DNA of 32,000 nt from an uncultured Methylococcales bacterium (GCA_964445885.1 CAYUPV010000005.1:1-32000); one strand, 5' to 3'. Numbered from the stretch's first letter, positions 7,839-20,760 are shown. The notes: generated by a model not told the origin, from the letters alone. Numbers and translations are program-made.

Positions 7839-8930
7839 TCAGACGTTGAAACGGAAATGAACCACGTCCCCTTCCTGCATCAGGTACTCCTTGCCTTCTA
7901 ACCGCCATTTTCCCACCTCCTTGGCCCCCTGCTCTCCGCCATAGCCGATGAAATCCTCGTAGGCGATGACCTCGGCGCGAATGAAGCCCTTTTCAAAATC
8001 CGTATGGATGACACCAGCCGCCTGAGGTGCGGTGGCACCGACACGTACGGTCCAGGCCCTGACTTCTTTCACCCCAGCGGTGAAAAAAGTCTGCAGATTG
8101 AGCAAGCGGTAAGCCGCACGCACGACCCTGTCGAGTCCAGGTTCCTTCAATCCCATTTCATCCAGGAACGCGGACTTGTCTTCGTCCTCCAGTAAAGCGA
8201 TCTCAGCTTCCATGGCGGCACTCACGGGAACCACCTGGGCACCCTCCTCGGCTGCGTATTCCTGCACTTTTTCCAATAAAGGGTTGGCGTCGAAGCCGTC
8301 TTCGAGGACATTGGCCACGTACAGCGTGGGTTTGGCGGTCAACAGGTGAAGGGTTTTCAACCTGGCGCGTTCCTCTTCGTTCAGGGCCAGGCTGCGCACT
8401 GGTTTGCCGCTATCCAGGTGCCCGGCGATGCTTTCCAGCAATGCCTTTTGCGCCAGTGCTTCTTTATCTCCGGATTTGCTGGCTCGAAGTACCCGCTGCA
8501 GGACTTTATCGACCGTTTCCATATCGGCCAGCATCAATTCGGTGTTGATGATTTCGATATCGCGCACTGGATCGACCGAACCGGCAACGTGGGCGACGTC
8601 TTCGTCCTCGAAGCAACGAACCACGTGGGCGATGGCATCGGTCTCGCGGATGTGTCCCAGAAACTGGTTACCGAGCCCTTCGCCTTTGGAGGCCCCTGCC
8701 ACCAGGCCCGCTATATCGACGAATTCGATCGTGGTAGGTAAGGTTCTTTGCGGTTCGACGATCTCCGCCAGGTTGCCCAGACGGGGATCTGGAACCGGCA
8801 CCACGCCCACATTGGGATCGATGGTGCAGAAAGGATAGTTCTCCGCCGCGATCTCAGCGCGGGTCAGAGCATTGAAAAGCGTGGATTTACCCACGTTGGG
8901 CAATCCGACGATACCACAGTATAAAGCCAT
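7839..8930 (-). CDS. ychF: Ribosome-binding, redox-regulated ATPase YchF
   Basis: The protein is 363 aa, with the G1 motif GLPNVGKST and the conserved YchF C-terminal TGS-like end ([18 protein letters not shown]). Confidence 0.95.
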   Translation of the reverse strand: MALYCGIVGLPNVGKSTLFNALTRAEIAAENYPFCTIDPNVGVVPVPDPRLGNLAEIVEPQRTLPTTIEFVDIAGLVAGASKGEGLGNQFLGHIRETDAIAHVVRCFEDEDVAHVAGSVDPVRDIEIINTELMLADMETVDKVLQRVLRASKSGDKEALAQKALLESIAGHLDSGKPVRSLALNEEERARLKTLHLLTAKPTLYVANVLEDGFDANPLLEKVQEYAAEEGAQVVPVSAAMEAEIALLEDEDKSAFLDEMGLKEPGLDRVVRAAYRLLNLQTFFTAGVKEVRAWTVRVGATAPQAAGVIHTDFEKGFIRAEVIAYEDFIGYGGEQGAKEVGKWRLEGKEYLMQEGDVVHFRFNV

Positions 8931-9002
8931 GTATGTTTGATTTTTTTGATGATGTAAAGGAAACGAGATTCTACGGGAATCCCTTTAACGGACCAAATTA
9001 AA

Positions 9003-10445
9003 TCAGTCCGGTTCCTGGAATCTCTGGATGTCGTCCTCGCCCAGATAGGCTCCCGATTGGACTTCGATCAATTCCAGAGGAATCCTGCCGGGATTTTCCA
9101 GACGATGTCTCACTCCCACAGGGATATAAGTGGACTGGTTCTCGGTCAGGAGGAAGGTTTCCTCCTCCCGGCCCCTGGTGATATGGGCGGTACCCTTGAC
9201 GACGATCCAGTGTTCGGCCCGGTGGTGATGCAGCTGGGTCACTACGTGCGCCCCCGGCCGGACTGTCAGGCGGTTTACCTGATAACGCTCACCCTTGCTG
9301 ATGTTCTCGATGGTTCCCCATGGGCGGTGGATCCTGAGGTGGTGGTGGTGCTCATGGCGTCCGTTCGTCTTCAGGAATTGGGCCACCTCCCTTACTTTCT
9401 GGGCACTATCCTTGTGGGCCACCAGGATAGCATCAGCGGTCTCGGTGATGATCAGATCGGACACCCCCAGGGCTGCCACGAAACGTTCGCCTGCATACAC
9501 CAGGGAGTTGCTGACGTCATTCAGATAGGCATCGCCGTGGACTATATTGCCACGTTCATCCGTGTCCTCCACTTCCCACAGGGCAGGCCACGAGCCCAGG
9601 TCCGACCAACCGGCATCCAGCGGCAGTACGACCGCGGTCGAATCCTGACCTGCGATTTTCTCCATGACTGCATAATCGATGGAATCGGAAGGACAGTGCT
9701 CGAATGCCGTCTGGTCCAGACGGAAAAAGTCGCTGTCCCGCAGCCCCGCCACGACGGCTTTTTCACACGCTTCGAGGATATCGGGTCTGAAGCGGCCAAT
9801 GGCCTTCAGCCAACACTTGGCACGCAGGACAAATATGCCGCTGTTCCACAGATAATCGCCGGATTCCAAATATCCCTGTGCCGTTTCAGCATCGGGTTTC
9901 TCCACAAATGCTTCCAGGATCCTTGCCCGCCCCTCCAGCGCATTTCCGGCACGGAGATAACCGAAACCGGTTTCAGGACGGGTGGGTACGATGCCGAAGG
10001 TGACGACATGTCCATGGTCGGCCCAATGGATGGCCTCCGCCAGAGTGGCACAGAAAGCATCACAGTCGCGTACCACATGGTCTGAAGGCATGACCGCGAG
10101 CACTGGGTCATTGTGACCACCAACCGCCACCAGGGCCGCACAGGTGAGTGCGGGTGCTGTATTCCGTCCGTTGGGTTCGAGAAGGATGGTGTCAGGTCGC
10201 CTGCCGAGTTCCCGCAGTTGTTCCGCCACCAGAAAACGGTGAGATTCGTTACAGACGTACAGGGGGGGCTGTAATTGAATGTCTTGCACCATTCGACCCA
10301 ATTGATCGACCCTCAGGACGGTCTGTTGCAGCAGACTATGATCGCCACCGAGGCTGAGAAACTGCTTTGGATAAGCCTCGCGCGATAACGGCCACAGTCG
10401 CGTTCCAGAGCCACCTGACAGGATGACGGGCTTGAATTGGATCAT
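9003..10445 (-). CDS. manC: Bifunctional mannose-1-phosphate guanylyltransferase / mannose-6-phosphate isomerase (type II PMI-GMP; AlgA/XanB/ManC family)
   Basis: The N-terminal nucleotidyltransferase motif is GGSGTRLWPLSR. The C-terminal cupin isomerase region includes RPWG...HHHRAEHWIVV.G. At 480 aa the size fits. Confidence 0.9.
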   Translation of the reverse strand: MIQFKPVILSGGSGTRLWPLSREAYPKQFLSLGGDHSLLQQTVLRVDQLGRMVQDIQLQPPLYVCNESHRFLVAEQLRELGRRPDTILLEPNGRNTAPALTCAALVAVGGHNDPVLAVMPSDHVVRDCDAFCATLAEAIHWADHGHVVTFGIVPTRPETGFGYLRAGNALEGRARILEAFVEKPDAETAQGYLESGDYLWNSGIFVLRAKCWLKAIGRFRPDILEACEKAVVAGLRDSDFFRLDQTAFEHCPSDSIDYAVMEKIAGQDSTAVVLPLDAGWSDLGSWPALWEVEDTDERGNIVHGDAYLNDVSNSLVYAGERFVAALGVSDLIITETADAILVAHKDSAQKVREVAQFLKTNGRHEHHHHLRIHRPWGTIENISKGERYQVNRLTVRPGAHVVTQLHHHRAEHWIVVKGTAHITRGREEETFLLTENQSTYIPVGVRHRLENPGRIPLELIEVQSGAYLGEDDIQRFQEPD

Positions 10446-10451
10446 TTCGAT

Positions 10452-11774
10452 TTACCTGCGGCCGATACCGAAATACTCGAATCCCTGCTGGCGGACGAAT
10501 CCCGGATCGTAAAGATTGCGGCCATCGAAGATCACGGGCTTGCGCAGCAGTCGTTTCATGGTATCGAAATCAGGACTGCGGAAGAGGTTCCATTCGGTCA
10601 CCAGGGCCAGTCCATCCGCCCCTTCGAGGGCGACCATGGGGTCATTGACCAGTTGCAGCTCCTCTCTTTCGCCATAGATCCGTCTCGCTTCGTTCAAGGC
10701 CACCGGATCGTAGGCCTGCACTCTGGCGCCCGCCTGCCACAGGGACTCCATCAACACCCGGCTGGGTGCTTCCCGCATATCGTCGGTGTTGGGCTTGAAG
10801 GCCAGGCCCCACAGCGCGATCGTTTTGCCCTCCAGTTCCCCACCATAATAGTGATGAAGTTTTTCGTACAAGCGCCTTTTCTGCCGATCATTGACGTTTT
10901 CCACCGCGCTGAGCAACTCGGCCTGGTAGTCCATTTCCCTGGCAGCGCGTTCCAACGCTTTCACGTCCTTGGGAAAACATGAACCCCCGTATCCACAGCC
11001 TGGATAGATGAAGTGATAACCAATTCTTGGATCGGAGCCGATTCCGATCCGCACTTGTTCGATATCGGCCCCTACCCTTTCCGCCAGGTTGGCCAGTTCG
11101 TTCATGAAACTGATTTTGGTGGCGAGCATGGCGTTGGCTGCATATTTGGTCAGTTCAGCCGAACGGATGTCCATCGCGACCAGGCGTTCGTGATTGCGGT
11201 TGAAGGGCGCATAGAGGGCTTTCAGCAGTTCTGTGGTGCGGGGGTTGTCGGTGCCAACGACGATACGGTCAGGCTTCATGAAATCATCGATGGCGGCGCC
11301 TTCCTTGAGAAACTCGGGATTGGACACCACGTCGAATTCGACCTGAGAGCCTCTTTGTTGCTGGATTTCCTCGATCGTTGCCCTCACTGTGTCGGCCGTG
11401 CCCACCGGAACCGTCGACTTGTCGACGACGATGCGGTATTCGGTCATCCGCTCGGCAATGGCGCGGGCCACCGCGATGACATATTGGAGATCCGCGCTGC
11501 CATCCTCATCTGGTGGCGTTCCCACCGCAATAAACTGAAACAGTCCATGGGCGACCGCCTCGTCCGCATCCGTGGTGAAAGACAATCTGCCCGCGTCACG
11601 GTTACGGTTGATCAGGCTATCCAGCCCCGGTTCATAAATGGGGACCTCGCCTCGGTTGAGACATTCGATCTTGTCGGCGTCGATATCGATACACAGCACT
11701 TCGTTACCCACCTCGGCCAGGCAGGCACCCGTCACCAGACCCACATAACCGCTGCCGTAAATAGTCACCTTCAT
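10452..11774 (-). CDS. ugd: UDP-glucose 6-dehydrogenase
   Basis: The Rossmann motif is [14 protein letters not shown] and the catalytic Cys context is [10 protein letters not shown]. The protein is 440 aa. Its start ATG overlaps the metZ stop (ATGA). Confidence 0.9.
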   Translation of the reverse strand: MKVTIYGSGYVGLVTGACLAEVGNEVLCIDIDADKIECLNRGEVPIYEPGLDSLINRNRDAGRLSFTTDADEAVAHGLFQFIAVGTPPDEDGSADLQYVIAVARAIAERMTEYRIVVDKSTVPVGTADTVRATIEEIQQQRGSQVEFDVVSNPEFLKEGAAIDDFMKPDRIVVGTDNPRTTELLKALYAPFNRNHERLVAMDIRSAELTKYAANAMLATKISFMNELANLAERVGADIEQVRIGIGSDPRIGYHFIYPGCGYGGSCFPKDVKALERAAREMDYQAELLSAVENVNDRQKRRLYEKLHHYYGGELEGKTIALWGLAFKPNTDDMREAPSRVLMESLWQAGARVQAYDPVALNEARRIYGEREELQLVNDPMVALEGADGLALVTEWNLFRSPDFDTMKRLLRKPVIFDGRNLYDPGFVRQQGFEYFGIGRR

Positions 11775-12967
11775 TGGCTCAACCCCCTTTCAAGATCGGA
11801 AATGATGTCTTCGATATCCTCCAGGCCCACCGAGAGTCGGATCAGTCCGTCCGCAATACCAGCCTTGATTCTTTCCTCGGGGGAAAGACGGCCGTGGGTA
11901 GTGGAAGCCGGATGAGTGATCGTCGTTTTCACATCCCCCAGATTGGCGGTGATAGAAACCATTCGGGTGCTGTCTATCAGCCTCCAGGCTGCCTGTTGTC
12001 CGCCCTTGACCACGAAGCTGACGATACCACCCGCCCCACTCTGCTGCCTTCCGGCCAGCTCATGTTGTGGATGGGATCGCAGTCCGGGATAAAACACCCG
12101 TTCGATTGCCGGTTGCGATTCAAGCCAGCGGGCCAGCTCAAGCGCATTGTCGCAATGGGCCCGCATCCTGAGTGACAGGGTCTCCAGCCCGGTCAGGAAC
12201 ACCCAGGCATTGAAGGGGCTCATACTGGCCCCACCGGTACGCAGGAAAGGGTAGATCTCCTGCTCCAGCAGTTCCTGATTGCCGACCACGGCTCCACCGA
12301 CACAGCGGCCCTGCCCATCCAGATACTTGGTGGCCGAATGGACCACGATGTCGGCCCCCAGCTGCAACGGCTTCTGTAATGCCGGGGTGCAGAACACATT
12401 GTCCACTACCAGCAGGGCACCGTTTAGGTGGGCCAACTCGGCCAGAGCCCCGATATCCGCGACTTCTGTCAAGGGATTGGAAGGGGTCTCGAGAAACAGG
12501 AAACGGGTGGAAGGCCGGATCGCGCTCTGCCAGGCTTGTAAGTCGGTCAGCTCGACAAAGTCAGTCTCGATGCCGAACTTGGTCATGAAATTTCGCAGCA
12601 GCAGAATCGTATTGCCAAACACCGAGCGGGAACAAAGCACATGATCGCCGGCTTTGAGCATCCCCATGCACAGGCTCATGATGGCCGCCATGCCCGAGGC
12701 GGTGGCGATACATCGCTCCCCGCCTTCCATAAGGGCCAGACGCTCCTCGAACGTACGCACCGTGGGGTTGGTGAAGCGGGAATAGATATTGCCATGCTCT
12801 GTGCCGGAAAAACGGTCATGAGCCTGCTGCGCACTGCCGAAGACATAGCTGGAGGTGACAAAGATCGGATCGGAATGTTCGTTTTCCGCCGTTCTGGTCT
12901 GGCCTGCGCGGATGCTCTGGGTTTGCAGGCCATAGTCCTGCCAGGGTAAGGATTTTTTGTTAGACAT
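11771..12967 (-). CDS. metZ: O-succinylhomoserine sulfhydrylase (Cys/Met-metabolism PLP enzyme)
   Basis: The PLP-lysine context is [11 protein letters not shown]. The N-terminus QSIRAGQ...[13 protein letters not shown] is typical of MetZ. The position directly downstream of purF matches Pseudomonas-type synteny. Confidence 0.8.
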   Translation of the reverse strand: MSNKKSLPWQDYGLQTQSIRAGQTRTAENEHSDPIFVTSSYVFGSAQQAHDRFSGTEHGNIYSRFTNPTVRTFEERLALMEGGERCIATASGMAAIMSLCMGMLKAGDHVLCSRSVFGNTILLLRNFMTKFGIETDFVELTDLQAWQSAIRPSTRFLFLETPSNPLTEVADIGALAELAHLNGALLVVDNVFCTPALQKPLQLGADIVVHSATKYLDGQGRCVGGAVVGNQELLEQEIYPFLRTGGASMSPFNAWVFLTGLETLSLRMRAHCDNALELARWLESQPAIERVFYPGLRSHPQHELAGRQQSGAGGIVSFVVKGGQQAAWRLIDSTRMVSITANLGDVKTTITHPASTTHGRLSPEERIKAGIADGLIRLSVGLEDIEDIISDLERGLSQ

Positions 12968-12974
12968 TGGCTAG

Positions 12975-14483
12975 TTAGATGGAATTGTGAAGATCGATGT
13001 TCAGATTGTCATTGTCCTGTTTTTTCTTGGCTCTGTCGTTGCGTCGCTGGCTCAACTGGTCCAGATATTCGGGAGTGATGTCCGCCGTGACGTAGTGACC
13101 GCTGAAGCAACTGGTCTCGAATTGCCCCAAATTGGGATTGCCACGGCGGACCGCCTCGGTCAGATCCTCCAGATCCTGGTATATCAACCAATCAGCGCCC
13201 AGGATTCGTTGCACCTCCTCTTCGCTGCGACCGTGGGCGACCAGCTCCGAGGAAGCCGGCATGTCGATGCCATAGACATAAGGATAGCGCACCGGAGGCG
13301 AGGCGGAAGCAAAATAGACGTTCCTGGCACCGGCTTCACGGGCCATCTGGATGATCTGTTTGGAGGTGGTGCCACGGACGATGGAATCGTCCACCAGAAG
13401 GACGTTCCGGTCCTTGAATTCCACGTCGATGGGATTGAGCTTGCGCCTCACCGAACGCTGACGCATTTGTTGTCCCGGCATGATGAATGTGCGGCCGATA
13501 TAGCGGTTCTTCATGAACCCTTCCCGGTATTTGACACCCAGACGGTTGGCCAGCTCCAGGGCAGCGGTACGGCTGGTATCAGGAATGGGGATGACGGCAT
13601 CGATGTGGTGATCGGGATTGAGACTCAGGATCTTTTCCGCCAGTTTCTTGCCCATCTGCAGGCGGGCCTTGTAGACCGAAATACCATCGATGACCGAATC
13701 GGGGCGGGCGAAATAGACGAATTCGAAGATACAGGGGGCATGGGTCACCGGCTCGACACATTGGCGGCTATGGAGCCGGCCGTCTTTTTCGATGAAGACC
13801 GCCTCGCCCGGCCTGATGTCCCGAACCCGCTCGAATCCCAGCACATCGAGGGCGACGCTCTCAGACGCAATGATGAATTCCGGTCCGGAAGCGGACTCCC
13901 GTCTGCCGATCACCACCGGGCGGACACCGTAAGGATCGCGGAAGCCGAGCACCCCGAAACCGGTAATCATGGCTGTCACTGCATAGGCTCCCCGGCATCG
14001 ACGATGGACTTCAGTGACCGCGTGAAAGACATCGTTGACGTCAAGACGCAACTTGCCGAGTCGCTGCAACTCATGGGCAAACACGTTGAGCAGGACTTCG
14101 GAATCCGAATCCGTATTGATATGGCGTTGATCCTGGAGAAACAGTTCCTGTTTGAGGATCTCCGCATTGGTGAGATTGCCGTTGTGGCTCAGAGTGATGC
14201 CATAAGGGGAGTTGACATAGAAAGGCTGGGCTTCGGCGGAACTGGTACAGCCGGCGGTGGGGTAGCGCACATGACCGATACCCATGGTGCCGCCCAGATG
14301 CTGCATGTGCTCGGCCTGAAACACATCCCTCACCAGGCCCCTGTCCTTGCGTAGGAAAAAGCGCCCACCTTCGTAGGTGACGATCCCGGCGGCATCCTGC
14401 CCCCGGTGCTGAAGGACGGTCAACGCCTCGTATAACGCCTGATTGACGGGAGAATGGGCAACGATACCAACGATTCCACACAT
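12975..14483 (-). CDS. purF: Amidophosphoribosyltransferase
   Basis: The start MCGIVG supplies the N-terminal nucleophile Cys, so I place the start at the ATG at 14483 rather than the track start at 14573. The PRPP-binding loop is [13 protein letters not shown]. The protein is 502 aa. Confidence 0.95.
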   Translation of the reverse strand: MCGIVGIVAHSPVNQALYEALTVLQHRGQDAAGIVTYEGGRFFLRKDRGLVRDVFQAEHMQHLGGTMGIGHVRYPTAGCTSSAEAQPFYVNSPYGITLSHNGNLTNAEILKQELFLQDQRHINTDSDSEVLLNVFAHELQRLGKLRLDVNDVFHAVTEVHRRCRGAYAVTAMITGFGVLGFRDPYGVRPVVIGRRESASGPEFIIASESVALDVLGFERVRDIRPGEAVFIEKDGRLHSRQCVEPVTHAPCIFEFVYFARPDSVIDGISVYKARLQMGKKLAEKILSLNPDHHIDAVIPIPDTSRTAALELANRLGVKYREGFMKNRYIGRTFIMPGQQMRQRSVRRKLNPIDVEFKDRNVLLVDDSIVRGTTSKQIIQMAREAGARNVYFASASPPVRYPYVYGIDMPASSELVAHGRSEEEVQRILGADWLIYQDLEDLTEAVRRGNPNLGQFETSCFSGHYVTADITPEYLDQLSQRRNDRAKKKQDNDNLNIDLHNSI

Positions 14484-14523
14484 AAATCTATTAATTCCGC
14501 TTTGCTTTAAAGGTAAGACGGAG

Positions 14524-15015
14524 TCAGGGGGCATGCACCACGTGCAGGTAACCTTGAGGATGGAAGTGCCCAAGAACCTGGGCCCAGTCTTCCAGGGGAG
14601 GTATCAGCAGGGACTCCCGCCACCAGGGTTCGTTGGAGATACCAACACCCTGGGCCAGGAGAATCAATACCAGTATCAACAAGACCCCCCTTGCTGCACC
14701 AAAGGCCAGCCCCCCCAACCTGTTGAGAAAACTGAGAGGAGAACGCTCAATCAAGGTGGCAATAAGATAGCCCACAATTTTGCCGACCACCAGGGTTGCC
14801 ACGAATAGACCGATCAGAGTGACTGCCAAGCGCAATCCTGGATGAGCGATGATGTCATACAGATATAACGACAAAGCCGGATAGTAATGCAGGGTCACCC
14901 AAACTGCCGCGATCCAGCTCAGCAGGGAAAAGGTTTCCTGCACCAACCCACGTATCAGCCCCAACACTGCTGAGACTACAATCAGCACCAGGATTGTATA
15001 ATCGATCCAGATCAC
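14524..15015 (-). CDS. cvpA: CvpA-family inner membrane protein (colicin V production protein)
   Basis: The N-terminus (M)[12 protein letters not shown]...LIRGLVQE parallels E. coli CvpA MVWIDYAII...LIRGFVRE. There are four hydrophobic segments. The start codon is GTG. The gene sits upstream of purF, as in other Gammaproteobacteria. Confidence 0.85.
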   Translation of the reverse strand: MIWIDYTILVLIVVSAVLGLIRGLVQETFSLLSWIAAVWVTLHYYPALSLYLYDIIAHPGLRLAVTLIGLFVATLVVGKIVGYLIATLIERSPLSFLNRLGGLAFGAARGVLLILVLILLAQGVGISNEPWWRESLLIPPLEDWAQVLGHFHPQGYLHVVHAP

Positions 15016-15189
15016 ATACCTGCTCCAGCCGCAATGGCTCGGCTATTGTAACAAAGACGGCATTTGCCCTGATAATGTGAACACATCAGATCGATCAATG
15101 TCCTGTGAATTAGGTTGCTGGGGTTCACGAATAGTCTCGAACAGTTAATCGCATCTTATCCTGGCAGCAAACCCGACACCAGTTCGGTC

Positions 15190-15240
15190 ATTGTTGGGTT
15201 TCGCTTCGCTCACCCCAACTTACGATTTTTGATCGTAGGC
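15190..15240. repeat. Intergenic double-hairpin element (REP-like)
   Basis: Hairpin 1 is GTTGGG-(TTTCGCTTCGCTCAC)-CCCAAC at 15193-15219. It is followed immediately by CTTACGAT-TTTTG-ATCGTAGG at 15219-15239. The element lies just downstream of the rarA stop. Confidence 0.4.
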
Positions 15241-15253
15241 CGGGGTTGACCAG

Positions 15254-16567
15254 CTATTTCTTCCGGCTGTCCAAATCCCTCAAATGGGCCAGTTTGGTGG
15301 CAATTTTGATTTCCAGTCCCCGGTCAACCGGTTGGTAGTAACGGGCAGGCTTCATATTTTCCGGGAAATAGCATTCCCCTGCCGCATAGGCTTCCGGCTC
15401 ATCATGGGCATAGCGATAACGTTTACCATAGCCCAGTTCTTTCATCAGTTTGGTAGGGGCATTGCGCAAATGTACCGGAACCTCCAGGCTACCGGTGCTC
15501 GCAGCATCTCCTTGAGCCGCTTGATAAGCGCGATAGACAGCATTGCTCTTTGGCGCACAGGCCAAATAGACCGCGGCTTGGGCCAGCGACAGTTCCCCTT
15601 CGGGTGAACCCAGACGCTCTTGGGCCTGCCAGGCGTTCAAGGCCAGCTGCAGAGCGCGAGGATCGGCATTGCCGATGTCTTCGGAGGCAATTCTGACCAG
15701 ACGACGGGCAATATAAAAGGGATCGCAACCTCCATTCAGCATCCTGCAAAGCCAGTATAGAGAGGCATCGGGATCGCTGCCGCGTATGGTTTTGTGAAGG
15801 GCTGAAATCTGATCGTAGAAGTCGTCTCCCTGGCGGTCGAAACGCCTCACGCTGCCCCCGGACAGAACGTCGCGGGCCAGCTCTTCAGTGATGCGGGCCC
15901 TTCCAACCTCATCCACCGCCAACTCTACCATGATTTCCAACAGGTTCAGTAATCTTCGGGCATCCCCATCGGCGGCATCAACCAACCAATGACGGACCGA
16001 TTCGGGCAGATCCACCTCGATATCAGACAACCCGTCGGGATGAGTCAGCGCCCGGTCGATCACCTTTTCCAGGTCGTCTTGAGCAAGGGATTTGAGAACA
16101 TAGACCCGAGTCCGCGACAACAAGGCATTGTTCAAAGCAAAGGAAGGGTTTTCGGTGGTAGCGCCGATGAAGTGAATGACTCCATTCTCAATATGTGGCA
16201 GGAAGGCATCCTGTTGTGCTTTGTTGAACCGGTGGACCTCATCCACGAATAAAATCGTACCCCTTCCCTGCTGTTGGAAAAGTTTGGCCTTTTGTATTGA
16301 TTCTCGGATTTCTTTTATATTGGATAGTACAGCAGATAACGATATAAATTCGACATCCCCCGTTCCCGCTATCATTCTGGCCAAGGTGGTTTTTCCCGTT
16401 CCGGGAGGCCCCCACAGAATCATGGAATGGAGGTGCCCTGCCTGAACGGCTTCATGCAACGGCTTGCCGGGAGACAACAAGTGGTTCTGGCCGATGAAAT
16501 CCGTCAGGTTGCGGGGACGGAGGCGGTCTGCGAGGGGACGGAACCTCGATGTGTCAGTCTCGTTCAT
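15254..16567 (-). CDS. rarA: Replication-associated recombination protein A (AAA+ ATPase RarA/MgsA)
   Basis: Walker A is GPPGTGKTT and Walker B is ILFVDEVHRFNK. The C-terminal MgsA domain is conserved. The start overlaps the lolA stop (TGATG). Confidence 0.95.
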   Translation of the reverse strand: MNETDTSRFRPLADRLRPRNLTDFIGQNHLLSPGKPLHEAVQAGHLHSMILWGPPGTGKTTLARMIAGTGDVEFISLSAVLSNIKEIRESIQKAKLFQQQGRGTILFVDEVHRFNKAQQDAFLPHIENGVIHFIGATTENPSFALNNALLSRTRVYVLKSLAQDDLEKVIDRALTHPDGLSDIEVDLPESVRHWLVDAADGDARRLLNLLEIMVELAVDEVGRARITEELARDVLSGGSVRRFDRQGDDFYDQISALHKTIRGSDPDASLYWLCRMLNGGCDPFYIARRLVRIASEDIGNADPRALQLALNAWQAQERLGSPEGELSLAQAAVYLACAPKSNAVYRAYQAAQGDAASTGSLEVPVHLRNAPTKLMKELGYGKRYRYAHDEPEAYAAGECYFPENMKPARYYQPVDRGLEIKIATKLAHLRDLDSRKK

Positions 16568-17193
16568 CAGCCTCTGAAGACATCGACACCCGGAGGCGGC
16601 ACGAACTTGAAAAGTTCGTCTTTCAGCGGAGGATTGATCTCCATTTTGGAAAAACGAATTCGCGTCAACTGGCCGAAGTTATCCGCCAACTCCATCAAAG
16701 CCAGCTTGCCATCCTGCATTTCGACCCGAAGTTTACGGAACACATCATTTTCCTCCTTGGGTACCAGTTCCACCCAGGATCCTCGTTCGTCTCTACCCGC
16801 CCTTTTCACCACGAAGCGTTCTGACAATTTCAGCTGACCACTGAGCAACAGTGCCGGAGCCGAACCTAAAGCGGAGTCAATGGTCCTGACGGTGACCTGC
16901 TCCAGATCGGGATCATAAAACCAGACCTCGGTCCCGTCGGCCACGATCTCCTGCGGATAAGGATCTGCGTAGGTCCAACGGAATCTGCCCGGTCGCTTGA
17001 GATAGAATTTACCACGACTTAGCTGCGTCACCACCCCTTTGTCATCCAGGGTCTGCTGAACGAAATCCGCGGAAAGTGTACTTACTGACGAAAGGAAGCT
17101 TTCCAGCTCTTCGTCCGGGGCAGAGGCTGCCACAACACTATTGAGCCAAAGCGCCAACACTATGAAGAAAACTTTCCAGGTGTTTAATAACAT
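16567..17193 (-). CDS. lolA: Outer-membrane lipoprotein carrier protein LolA
   Basis: There is a signal peptide ([22 protein letters not shown]). The LolA-typical segment is FVQQTLDDKG...SRGKFYLKRPGRFRW. The gene has the ftsK-lolA-rarA synteny. The ATG at 17193 overlaps the ftsK stop. Confidence 0.9.
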   Translation of the reverse strand: MLLNTWKVFFIVLALWLNSVVAASAPDEELESFLSSVSTLSADFVQQTLDDKGVVTQLSRGKFYLKRPGRFRWTYADPYPQEIVADGTEVWFYDPDLEQVTVRTIDSALGSAPALLLSGQLKLSERFVVKRAGRDERGSWVELVPKEENDVFRKLRVEMQDGKLALMELADNFGQLTRIRFSKMEINPPLKDELFKFVPPPGVDVFRG

Positions 17194-19619
17194 CAATCCT
17201 CCACTGGCGGGGGTGCCAAAACCGTCCGTGAGCCGTTTCCTTCTGCCGGACTGACCACACCTGCCCGCTCCATTTCCTCGACAATCCGTGCCGCTCGGTT
17301 GTAACCGATTTTGAACTTGCGCTGCACACTCGAAATGGAGACCCGCCGGGTTTCAGTGACGAAATGTACCGCCTCGTCATATAGAGCATCGGCTTCCCCC
17401 TCAGGTTCCCCTTCATCTATCTGGCCCTCGCTTTCGTCTTGGAAGCGAGTGATCTCATCGATATATCGGGGGCGACCTGTCTGCTTCAGGTATTCCACCA
17501 CTCTCAGGACCTCGTGATCATCCACAAAGGCACCATGAGCCCGTAGAGGGAATCCGGTCCCTGGGGGGAGAAAAAGCATGTCCCCACTTCCGAGCAGGGT
17601 CTCGGCGCCGCTTTGATCGAGAATCGTGCGGGAATCAACCTTGGAGGAGACCTGGAAGGCAATCCGGGTGGGAACGTTGGCTTTGATGAGGCCGGTGAGG
17701 ACGTCCACTGAAGGTCTCTGGGTCGCGAGAATCAGATGCAGACCGGCGGCACGGGCCTTCTGGGCCAGGCGGGCGATCAGTTCTTCGACTTTCTTGCCCA
17801 CCAGCATCATCATGTCGGCCAGTTCGTCGATGACGACCACAATCACCGGTAGGGGTTCCAGGGTCGGCCAACTACTCCCTTCTTCCAATTCGTTGGCGCG
17901 GAAGAAGGGGTCCTTGATCGGTTCTCCCCGTTCGATGGCTTCTTGCACCTTGCGGTTGTATCCGGCCAGGTTGCGTACCTTGAGCGCAGACATCAAGCGA
18001 TAGCGTCGGTCCATCTCCGCCACACACCATCTAAGCGCTGAGGCGGCCTCTTTCATGTCAGTGACGACCGGACTCAGGAGATGGGGAATGCCTTCATACA
18101 CTGACAATTCCAACATCTTCGGATCAATCATGATCAGGCGCACTTCCTGGGACGTTGCCTTGTAGAGCAAACTCAGAATCATGGCATTGATCGCTACCGA
18201 CTTACCGGAGCCGGTGGTGCCAGCCACCAACAGATGCGGCATCTTGGCCAGATCGGCCACCACGGGACGGCCTGAAATGTCCTTGCCCAGCACCAGGGTC
18301 ACCGGGGATTTGGCTTGCTGATATTCCCGGCTGGTGAAGATCTCGCGCAAGTAGACCGTCTCACGCTCTCGATTAGGAATCTCCAGCCCCACAAAGGACT
18401 TGCCCGGAATCACCTCTACCACGCGCACGCTGGGGACCGACAGGGACCGGGCCAAATCAGTCGCAAGGTTGGAGATCCGGCTGCCCTTGATACCTGGTCC
18501 AGGCTGAATCTCGAAGCGGGTAATCACAGGACCGGGATGCACTTCCTTCACCTTGGCCTTGACCCCAAAGTCAGCCAGAACCGCCTCCAGTTGTTTGGAC
18601 ATGAAATCCAGATCCGAATTGGAATACCCCTGCCCATGCATCATCGCTTCCTCGAGGAAATCGAGGGAAGGCAGGGCGGGCTCCACTGGGATATCCAGCT
18701 CGACCGTGCGGGGGGCTGCTTTCTTGCGGATAATAGGTCCGTCAGCGTCCTTAGGTGTTCGTCCCACAGGTGTCGAGCTCAATCCTTTGCCATCGGGAGC
18801 CACCAGACCGTCGGGGCGGGCTGCTGGTGGATTTGGAGAGGCTTTCGAAGCGCTACCGGGGTCGAGCCTGTCATTATCCAGCTCTGGAGGCAACGCGACT
18901 TTGGGCTCGCGCCGACGAGGCGAGACAACGGCAGTGGGAGCACGCGTCACCTTCGATGTCTCAATGGTTTTCCTTCGCGTCCACCATCGAAGTGTCCACC
19001 GATGTGCGGTCTCCCACCCCAGCAGCACATATTTTCCTATCTTTTCCATCAGCTCGAGCCAGGACAGTCCGGTGAACAGCGTCACCCCGGCAAGGAAAAT
19101 CACCAGCAGCGCCAGGGTCGCTCCCAAGACCCCGAAGCGCCCCATCAACCACTCCCCTATTTCTCCTCCAAGGATACCGCCGGTGGTTTCGGGTATATCC
19201 ATCATCGTGCGCTTGACATGGATGTAACAAAGGCTGGATCCTGCCAGCAAGGTGGTGAAAAAGCCGCCCCAGCGAAGTCCCAGGATGCCCCAGTCCCGAC
19301 GCGAATGGAGCGGGTGCCGATACACCAACCAGCCATGCCATACGATCATCACCGGGAACAAATAGGCCATCACACCCACGAAGGAAAGGGAGAGATCCGT
19401 GATCCAGGCGCCGAACTGACCGCCAGCATTGGCCAGAGGACGTCCGCTTCCGGTGTGACGCCAGCCGGGGTCCTCAAGATCGAAGGTAAAGAGAGAGAGC
19501 AAAAGATAGAGGCCGACAGCAAAATAGCAGAACAACCAGACTTCACGAAGCCCGTGGGTGACACGTTCCACGGCCTCGTTGACAAAGGCTTTTTTGGTTT
19601 GTGACAAGGGAATCGACAC
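17193..19619 (-). CDS. ftsK: DNA translocase FtsK
   Basis: The protein has N-terminal TM helices, a Pro-rich linker and a motor domain with Walker A GTTGSGKS. The C-terminal gamma winged helix ([23 protein letters not shown]) is the domain that reads KOPS. Confidence 0.95.
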   Translation of the reverse strand: MSIPLSQTKKAFVNEAVERVTHGLREVWLFCYFAVGLYLLLSLFTFDLEDPGWRHTGSGRPLANAGGQFGAWITDLSLSFVGVMAYLFPVMIVWHGWLVYRHPLHSRRDWGILGLRWGGFFTTLLAGSSLCYIHVKRTMMDIPETTGGILGGEIGEWLMGRFGVLGATLALLVIFLAGVTLFTGLSWLELMEKIGKYVLLGWETAHRWTLRWWTRRKTIETSKVTRAPTAVVSPRRREPKVALPPELDNDRLDPGSASKASPNPPAARPDGLVAPDGKGLSSTPVGRTPKDADGPIIRKKAAPRTVELDIPVEPALPSLDFLEEAMMHGQGYSNSDLDFMSKQLEAVLADFGVKAKVKEVHPGPVITRFEIQPGPGIKGSRISNLATDLARSLSVPSVRVVEVIPGKSFVGLEIPNRERETVYLREIFTSREYQQAKSPVTLVLGKDISGRPVVADLAKMPHLLVAGTTGSGKSVAINAMILSLLYKATSQEVRLIMIDPKMLELSVYEGIPHLLSPVVTDMKEAASALRWCVAEMDRRYRLMSALKVRNLAGYNRKVQEAIERGEPIKDPFFRANELEEGSSWPTLEPLPVIVVVIDELADMMMLVGKKVEELIARLAQKARAAGLHLILATQRPSVDVLTGLIKANVPTRIAFQVSSKVDSRTILDQSGAETLLGSGDMLFLPPGTGFPLRAHGAFVDDHEVLRVVEYLKQTGRPRYIDEITRFQDESEGQIDEGEPEGEADALYDEAVHFVTETRRVSISSVQRKFKIGYNRAARIVEEMERAGVVSPAEGNGSRTVLAPPPVED

Positions 19620-19797
19620 TGTGGTTCTTGGATTAACTATTCATTGTTGTTGAATATGGAGGGAATGGCAAGATCACGCCTGCGATAATTCTTAACGTTA
19701 TTGGGTCAGCCTCTGCCAATAGGGATGGAGGCACTTTACCTGGGTAGGCACAGCCAGCGATACTATTGACCATTTTCAACTTCCAAAGGGAGCATAG

Positions 19798-20760
<963 letters not shown>

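Noticed and set aside
9057-19604. Long opposite-strand ORFs in the track (for example 9057..10085, 11013..11915, 12987..14354, 18315..19604, and also 404..907 and 1420..2028 further left)
   Set aside because: Each lies entirely antisense to a gene with unambiguous family motifs (manC, ugd, purF, ftsK, polX, degP). Their translations are Arg/Gly/Pro/His-rich with no recognisable motifs. They are typical shadow ORFs of moderately GC-rich DNA.
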